Shown: one piece after another, positions 55,012 through 64,000 of the stretch
How positions within the stretch are numbered: position 1 is the first letter of the stretch
How the letters are laid out: every line of letters starts with the position of its first letter
Assembly (NCBI RefSeq): GCF_009834535.1
Contig: NC_045697.1
Location: 47,122,001-47,186,000, forward strand
Direction of reading: 5' to 3'
Length of the DNA stretch: 64,000 bases
Source: Camelus ferus
Lineage: Eukaryota
The notes under the pieces: generated by a model
Seen by the model: the letters and a program-made list of their open reading frames with translations, nothing else
Told to the model about the DNA's origin: nothing
Databases searched by the model: none
Position numbers and translations under genes: made by a program

Positions 55012-57023
55012 CTATTTTAAAAGTTCATTAAAAGTCCATCAAGGATTAAACAATACAAAGCATCTATACACATTTTTATTCAACAAGTACAACAGCATCT
55101 CTAATAATATAAAAAATGAATTTTTAATAGAAAAATTTTCAATAAAGACAACATATTGGAAACATAGTTTTCCTTGAATTTCTTATATGAAAGATACAAT
55201 TTGACTATAAAAATATCCTTATCAAAATATTTTGGTCTATTAATTTAAAAGTAAAGCTTCTACCCTCTCAAAAAATTAGTTTATATGTTTACTAAGCAGT
55301 TTGTTTTTATAGACTCTAGCATAATTCCTTACACATGGTAGTAGATCTCCTTTAGGTTTGTTTTTGTAATTGTTTTACAAGTAACCTAGTTGCCGTAATT
55401 CTAACTACACTAATTAAGTACACTTCTGAAACTGATGGCACAAGCAATTTGGAATTAGAAGATACTATGGATAAATATTTACCAGTATAAAAACTCCAAA
55501 TCCAATATGAACAAAATATCTGAATTAAGTTGTGCTCAATTTCCTGGCAGAAATTATTAGATATCGAAGGAGCTCCCATATTATGGCATAATTTAAGATT
55601 CATTTTGAGTGTTGATACGTTTTATTTTACACGAAGTATCTTGAAGTTCAACATTCTACCATCTTACTTTTTCCAAATTACCCTGATTGGTGAGGCATTC
55701 TGAATGATACTACAGTAGAAGAGTGATCTAAGACACCAGTATATAAACTGCATGAGAGCAGGACTTTTTTCTGTTCACTGCTATATACTGCAGTGCCAAC
55801 AACAGTGCCCACTACATTGCAGGCCCTGAATAAACACCTGTTAGCTGAATAAATGGTTAGAGCATTTTCTCCTCAATTGAGCCACAAAGCACAGGAACAC
55901 ATGAGCTTGCATTCATCGCTACTGTAAAATTCTGCTGAACCTTACTTAACTGTACTTCAGATCTTAACAGCAAGAAATGAAGCTTCCAACAAGTCAGAGA
56001 TGCTTGAGCAGAATCCTATAGCAGCCATTATATACCATAATCCAATAACTTTTAAGATTATATGTACCTACATATATTCACAAAAAGCCAATTTAATAAT
56101 TCATTGTTCTGGTTTTCTTCAGGACATTTGTATGTTTACTAAGGAGTTTGTTTTTACGGAATCTAACATAATCATCATATCCTGAGTGGAAACACGTAAG
56201 TCTAGAAAACCACAGTTTGGTACAAGTGGGCCAGAGTAAGATCAGTTCTGTTTGAGCTATTTCAAAACACATGTTGCAGTTCAAATGAAAGCTTCTAGAC
56301 AGTCTTAAACAATTGTGAATTTGTGAGGAAATGAAGAAAAACAACTTTAAAAAGGCAACTATTTAGAAATTCCTATTCTGACAGATCTTTCTACATTCTG
56401 TATCATTTTATTAAGTAATCGAAGAATTACAATAGTACTATTTTCTAAAACTAGAAAACAGAAAAGTCAGGGACGGTCCCTATAGCACTCTAGCAACCAT
56501 GGAAAGTACAAGATTAAAAAAACAGAAGGCACATATGAGTTCTATTTCTACTGAAGAGTCTTCTAATACATTATTATAAAGTAACAAGTTTTCCACATAG
56601 TTTTCAATGCATTAATTAATAAGTTAATCTTCTTAATGTTAAATATGAAGTAAAAGCCTACATGTTTTTAAATAATTTAATTTTTTCCTAACAAGCACAA
56701 ATCCTCAGTATCAATAAAACAAAGATGTTTAACTGAACTCAACAAGAACCTAAAACTCCCTTTAATGATTCCACTAATTACTATAGCTTATTTAACAAAC
56801 TTCTTGATAAATTTGTTTACAATGTAGATGAAAATTTTGTTTCCATGGTAAAATGCATTTCCTATTGAACTCAATGAGACATAAGCTAATCGGTGTCTAT
56901 GGCACAGAAATATCTTAAAGAGATCTATAAACGGAATACCTAAATTTATATTAGCTGGGCTGGTCACAGACTCAAGTTAACTAAAATTCCCACGAGATGA
57001 AGTGCAATAAAGACAGACACTTA

Positions 57024-57200
<177 letters not shown>

Positions 57201-57649
57201 TTACAACAATGTTTTTACTCAATAAACACTAAAGAGCTTGTGCCATGTGGAGAGAGAGAAGAGAGAGAAAGATAGAAGATACCTCAAATTGTAAGAAAGG
57301 GGAAATAATTCAAACCAAAAATATACCTTACTATAGCTACTATTTCTCTTACTAAGCCCAAAGAAGTGCTTCTCCCATCCCAGGACGATTTTTGCAAGGG
57401 CCAAGAAACCCTAAGTCCTCTCTGAAACCGTTTCTATGAAAGAGAAGAACTAACAGCAGTCAGAGTCTACACTATACCTTTATTCTTCTCCTAACACTTC
57501 AGCTTATCTGTAGAAAAGTAACAAAACCCATTACAATTCTACTTCTGATTGACTCCTAATTCCACTTTTATCTAATATGCTACACTGAAAAACACGGATT
57601 GACTTTATGCCTTAACTTAGAGATCAGAATTGTAGAAACTTAAATAAAA

Positions 57650-57900
57650 TTATGTGCACAGTTTCTAGAACAGTAGAGTCTGGGTTCACAGTCCAACTCT
57701 GCCACTTACTAGCATATGTACCCTGGGACAATTTGCTTAACCACTTTTGTGCTTTAGTTTCCTTACCTATAAAATGGGGGAAATAATATTTATTACATGG
57801 AATGGTTGTAAAAACTGAATGAACTAAAACATGTAAAGAGCTTAGAACAGTAACCAAAATAAGGTAAGTGCAGGATAAAAGATAGTATTATTATTAACTT
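57650..57900 (+). mobile_element. MIR SINE
   Basis: tctgggttca...ctctgccacttactagc...tagtttccttacctataaaatgggg...atgtaaagagcttagaacagt. Confidence 0.8.
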
Positions 57901-58404
57901 TTTTCACAATAGTTTTTCCTGAATGAGTGATTCTCTACACTACCAAAATACTCATATCATAGTTTCTTTATCATTTTTCTTCTTTATTGCATTTTAGCCT
58001 ACTTTTAAAAGATTTGCATAAAATGCTTATATAAGAAATCTACTTAAAATAAACATACGTTTGCATAAATTTACACATGTAAAAAGAACTAAGTATATGA
58101 AGTATGGGTCTATACAAAATTATGCAGTTCAATGTCTTTTTTGTTTTAAAATCAAGAAGATTCAGTTGAAGACATCAACTTTACATTAAAAAAGTTAATG
58201 AGCTACAACAGCACAAAAAAATCAGACCAAATTATTAGGGAGAATGTAGAAGTTACATATTCAAAAGAACTGAAATGAACTATATAGGTTATCCAAATTA
58301 AGGGACAGAGATCTGCAGTCATGCATTTCAAGCTTCCCTTGACTTGTATCCTTTTACCTTAGGTTTCCCTAGATGATGCTTTCATTGTTAACAACTTACA
58401 TTCT

Positions 58405-58868
58405 TTTTTAAGATTTTTTAAAAATTTTTACTGAAGTATAGTTGATTTATAATGTAGTGTTAGTTTCTGGTGTACAGCATAGTGATTCAGTTATACATAC
58501 ATACATTCTTTTCCATATTCTTTTCCCTTATGGTTTTATTATAGGATATCGATTAGAATTCCCTATGTCATTCAGTAATAGGAACTTGTTGTTTATTTAT
58601 TTTATATATAGTAGTTTGTATCTGCTAATCCTAAACTCCTAATTTATCTTTCCCCCACCCCCTTTCCCTTTTGTTTTCTATCTCTGTGAGTCTGTTTCTG
58701 TTTTGTAAATAAGTTCATTTGTATCATACTTTAGATTCCACATAAGTAATATGGTATTTATCTCTTTCTGACTTTTCTCTTAGTATAATAATCTCTAAGT
58801 CCATCCATGTTGCTGAAAATGGTATTATTTCATTCTTTTTTATTGCTGAGTAGTATTCCTGTGTGTGT

Positions 58869-58902
<34 letters not shown>

Positions 58903-58934
58903 CTTTATCCAAACATCTGTTGATGGACATTTAG
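58405..58934 (-). mobile_element. L1 3' fragment with decayed TSD
   Basis: Translates EYYSAIKKNEIIPFSATWMDLE; TSD aacaacttacattct (58390-58404) / aacaacctatattct (58935-58949). Confidence 0.9.
58860..58902. repeat. (TG)n microsatellite within L1
   Basis: Direct reading, one interruption. Confidence 0.9.
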
Positions 58935-59029
58935 AACAACCTATATTCTAAGTGACATCCTCTATTCTCTTGTATCTTAAGAACATTTTATTAGCTCTTT
59001 TCATAAATTTTGTATAATTAGTCAGAATT

Positions 59030-59390
59030 GGGATTCATTCATTCATTAAATGTTTACTGAGACCCTGCTATGTGCCAGGCACTGTTCCAAATGCTTGGAT
59101 ACCTCACTACAAAAGAGCAAAGTCCCTGCCCACATGGAGCTTACATTATAGTGGGAGAGGACAGAAAATAAACAATAGGCATAATACGTAAGCAAATTAT
59201 ATAGCATCTGAGAAAGCAACAAGTGATAATAAAAGGCAGAGCAAGCAGAGAATGAAAAGGTTAGGTTGTAAGTATACGTAAGGTGGTGCAAGGATGGACT
59301 CACTGAGAAAGTGAATCTGAGCACACTTGAAGTTGGGGAAAGACTAGCCACAGCATTTCTGGGCATAAAGCATTTTAGGAGGAGGAATTT
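59030..59390 (-). mobile_element. LINE-2 3' fragment
   Basis: attcattcattcattaaatgtttactgaga...ctatgtgccaggcactgttc. Confidence 0.8.
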
Positions 59391-60027
59391 TTGTAATCTC
59401 AGTGTGAACAGGTATCAAAGAAGACATCTATGGTTCTAAGTAATATGTGTAATTATAGCTCAAGCAATATGATACTAGGAATATTCAATCCCCTTTGGGG
59501 ACTTTTTCCAATGTAACAAGTGGGTACCATATGAAAGAGGTCAGATTCCACAAAAACATAAGATAAAGTAGCCTTAAAGTGACAATCACCACCGAGTTAA
59601 GGTAAATGATGTAAAACTATAGAAAATTATAAATACCCGAGTAAAGAGACCCATTTATAGTCGCCTCCAGTATCTTTGGAAAACACCCTGATGATTCATA
59701 TAAATTACAGGAAGTAGGAAGAGTGCTGAACTGGGAAGAACAATGTAGAGGGACATCTGACCTGTGTCAGTGATGTTCCTATTTTTGTCCATACGAAACC
59801 TTAAAGAAGCCTACTCTGTAAACAGAAGCAGAGTAGGGAGCATAAAATCTACCTCTACAGTCATGCTAGAAACCCTCAGGGTCATGGAAAGCACAATTTC
59901 AATTCTACTGTCAGTCTGTACATGGCCTCAGGAAATGCAGCACGGGACAGAGAGACCAATCTCAGTGTTGGTAATAAAAACTGGTTTAGATGAAGACAGT
60001 CCAAGAACATTTTAACTCCAAAGTTTA

Positions 60028-60240
<213 letters not shown>

Positions 60241-60519
60241 TTAATAAATGAAGACTACTGCAAACAAAGAAATTAAGAAATGTCTTTACAGTCTCAGGTA
60301 ATGGGAAACTGCTTTTTCATAATATTCATGTAAGGATGCTTATTATCCCATATTGTGCTGATTCAACAACATACATTTTTTTCACATTTTTACATCTCTG
60401 AAATGAGAACATCTTAAAATAGACAATGTTCTGCTAATGCTATTGGCTATATATTTTTTTAAACATTTTAACATCTCCAAAATCAAGGTATACCTTATCA
60501 TTGATGGCATCACAGATCT

Positions 60520-61090
60520 GAAGAAATAGTTATTCTGCACTGTGCTAGCTTTTGGGTAAACAATGGTATAGAAAAAGAGTCTCTATTATCATGGAATTTA
60601 TGGTCTAAAGGCACAGATGAATATTAAACAATCACACAAATGAATACTTGTCACAATCATGTAACAACAAGGATGATATGAGAGAACCCTAAGTTTAAAT
60701 TGGTGGAGGAGGATGGGGAGCAGAGAATGCCAGAGCATTCTGTCTAAGGAAGTGATTATTTACGTTGCGACTGAAGGTTAACTAGGGAGTTAACCCAGCA
60801 GAGATTTGGGAGAAGAATGCGCTGGTGATAGCAAGTGGCACATATCAAGGCCTCTGGTTTGCAAGAGCTTAATGATTATGAATAACTTTTAAAGAGAACC
60901 TCTACAGATATGGTCTAGAAAGCAGAGAAAAGAGTAAAGTATATTTTAGATTTTATCTTGAAAACCAAGGAAACTTCCTGATCTGACTTTTTTAAAGGTT
61001 CCCTTGATTAGGGGATGGAGGAATCGCAAGAGCGGAAATAGAGAGCTGGGTTAAGGGACTAACGCTCTAAACAGGGTAAAAGATAATGGG
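60520..61090 (-). mobile_element. LINE-2 fragment
   Basis: gcactgtgctag...tcatggaatttatggtcta...taaggaagtga; purine-rich body. Confidence 0.5.
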
Positions 61091-63607
61091 TAGGTAACTT
61101 ACTAAAATCAAATAGCCACACCAATAAGCCCTGAGAGGATTATATAAAACTACAGTAAATTTTAAATAAATGAGTAAAGAGCTCTATTTAGTCACTTCTA
61201 GTATCTCTGGATAACACCCTGATGCTTAACATGAATTATAGGAAACAGGAGGTGTGCTGAACTAGGAAGAACAGTGTGGAGGGACGCTGTTATATACACA
61301 TTCTACAATATATTAAATATTACAATATACTACAGTAATTGATCATCCAAAAATGATATTTCTTAATTATTAAGAAAAAGTTTTCTATCATTATACTTTA
61401 AGAATACAAATAAATACATGATTCATTCAGAAAGCATTCTAACAGAAATCAGGTTTGGAAATTGAAGAAGGCAAGCTTATGTTAACTTGAAACTTTCCTT
61501 TAACAAGTTCAAATAAGTGACTGTTATTTTGTAATCTGTAAGAAGATTCAAACACATCTGCTCCTTCCATCATTACTGTCTAAACAGCATTCTTATATAT
61601 CTTCTGAAATAGCTGCTTTTTTCTTCGAAACTTAAAGTAGAAAAAAACATTAAATTTGCCTATCAATCCCCAACTTTCAGAAAACTCAGGTCTACTTGGT
61701 ATTATTTGTCAGACTGTCATATAAGATTGAGGCAGCAATTTCCTCCATTTTCTTGTTTGTCAGATGTCCTGACTTGTTTTATCCAAAAATTAAACACTTT
61801 TAAAAAAGTATTTTATTGGTGTTCATTCACAGTCTTTAAATACCATCTCACAGCTAAAGAAATCATAACTTTGAACTCATTCTACTCCTTCCAAATTTTC
61901 AATGTTGTAATGAGTAGAATAAATTTTAAACAAAAGTCAACCCTCTTTCTTCCTCTCAGAGATCTTTGGACTAGAAACCTTGAATCACAAAATCCAAGTC
62001 CTCAGAAAAAGCTAAAACCCGTATTTGAGCTGCATTTCAAATGTAGAAACAAATAAAATTTCATTATTCAAAATCATATTCTGAAAATTAAAAGTATTCT
62101 AATGAAAAATTTAAAAATCAGATTCAGAAAGCAAACAATATATACTGAAGGTCTTTTAAAACAAGAAGCACATAATTCCCAAATCGTTCCCTATTTTTCA
62201 AACAGGTATCATATCCTAAAGAAAAATTTTCATACTCTGTCTAATTTCATCATTAAAATTTAAAAAGTCAACATTTTTCTAACCTCTTAAAATGATCATC
62301 CAACAATCTTCATAACTCTGAGATTACACTTATTACCATTTAATTTAAAAAGCCATACAGTCCAACCTATCATCCTATTTAAATTTTAATACTTGGTTTT
62401 TGTTAACAAGAAAATTAAATTTTATCTGCAGTAGATTGCACCATTGGCCCCAAATACTCACTCCCCTAAAAAGTGAAGCTCATTTAGTTCCCTTTTTAAA
62501 ATGTCTTCTGGATGGCAATTAATTAAACTCATCCAGGGTTATGATTATTCTTGATTAAATTATTTTCAAAAAGTTACAAGGAGCCAAGGACTATTAGTCA
62601 ACTCTAACCCACTTAAGAATTAGTATGTTAAATGCTAGAATTCAAGAAAGTAGAATAAAGAAAATCAGCTTTTTTTTCCTTAAAGAGATCACAATGCTTT
62701 ACAGTAGAGAAGAGACATGAATAAAGAAAAACCATCAAGAAAACATCTAATTTTTATATTATACGTGGAAATAAATTACTAACAGATCACAATAGGTATT
62801 ATAATATTGATTCACTTCATTTTCCTCTTACAAGACTGGAGGAAGTGAGACCACATTTCCTCCATTACCATCACCATCATCCTTCTCCTTCAACCTTCAG
62901 GAAGGGACAACAGTTCCTGGTATCATAATTAACAGTCATAACTGTCTTAAAAGAATCTAAAAATAAACCAGGGTCCCCTATAACCCAAACTGCCAGATAT
63001 AATCTAACGGGAAAAGAAAAGGGCAAGTTTGCAGGAAACACTGTTGCTTGCCCCCTTCACACATATTTAAGTAAAAACAATTTTTCAGGGATTTTAATAA
63101 TTATTATTGTAATTCTTAAGGCATACTAAACAAGTAAATATTTCTTTGAACCTACCACATTAGATCCAAATAAAATGTGACTTTTTTCCTTCTAATGTTT
63201 ATAAATGACTACATAATTTTATACAAATTATAGATCAAAATGTATCCTTTAAACTTATTACATGTAATACATTCAAAGATAACATAAGAGAGTGCTTGAA
63301 AAAAATCTTATAATACTAATATGGACAAAGTATGCTCTTCTTGGTTGGATTATGAAAGAAATGCATAGGAAACATGTCAGGTAACTGCTCTTTACCTGCT
63401 TAATTTCCTGTTTTAAACTCAAGAGCATTTTTCTAATTGTCTGTTTACATGCTCATATCATCACTGCAACAGCTATGACTAGATTTTAAATCTTTTCTAA
63501 CAGCATTCCTTAATTAGACAAATAATTAAAACTTAGATTGCATTATGTGTCCAGAATTAGGTGACAGCTGCCCAGGGAGAAATCAAGACACCCAATAACC
63601 CATTTTA

Positions 63608-63778
<171 letters not shown>

Positions 63779-64000
63779 TTAAAAATTGGAAAACACACAC
63801 TTTAAAGCTCTATTGTTAGTGATGATGTGAATTCTAAATTAATATATTTAAAGAATTTCACAAAGTAAGATTTAAAAGTATGGAATCCGACATCTCAAAA
63901 GGTTTCAATGGAAAATTTACTTACATGTCACTGTCATCTTCAAACAGGCAAATATTCAATGAATACTTATTTTTTAATTAAATGAGGAAGAAGATGGTTC

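Noticed and set aside
56955..56995. ggctggtc start reminiscent of Y RNA
   Set aside because: Similarity stops after 8 nt; no complementary 3' stem

Overview
Mammalian genomic DNA (AT-rich, intron-dominated) carrying most of BMP2K (BIKE, a NAK-family Ser/Thr kinase) on the minus strand. Fourteen coding exons are present (exons 3-16 by human numbering, recalled); exons 1-2 lie beyond the right edge. I joined them by hand: splice phases are consistent and the frame is open to the TAG at 2391-2393. About 2.4 kb of presumed 3'UTR follows. Introns hold L1, L2, MIR and MER5 fragments, a probable solo LTR and microsatellites. I saw no Alu, Bov-A/BovB, PRE-1 or Can-SINE, and one young L1 tail resembles camelid L1, so a camelid host is tentatively inferred. 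I found no evidence of a wholly new biological system. The most notable observations are: two GC-AG donors (one competing with an in-frame GT donor), the intronic read-through ending of the short isoform, a 64-bp duplicate of the exon 15 end and donor, a collapsed polyQ/polyH tract, a GC/CpG-shifted terminal exon encoding repeated DxFGxxPF motifs, and repeats flanking kinase exons. Repeat family calls and boundaries are by eye and approximate.
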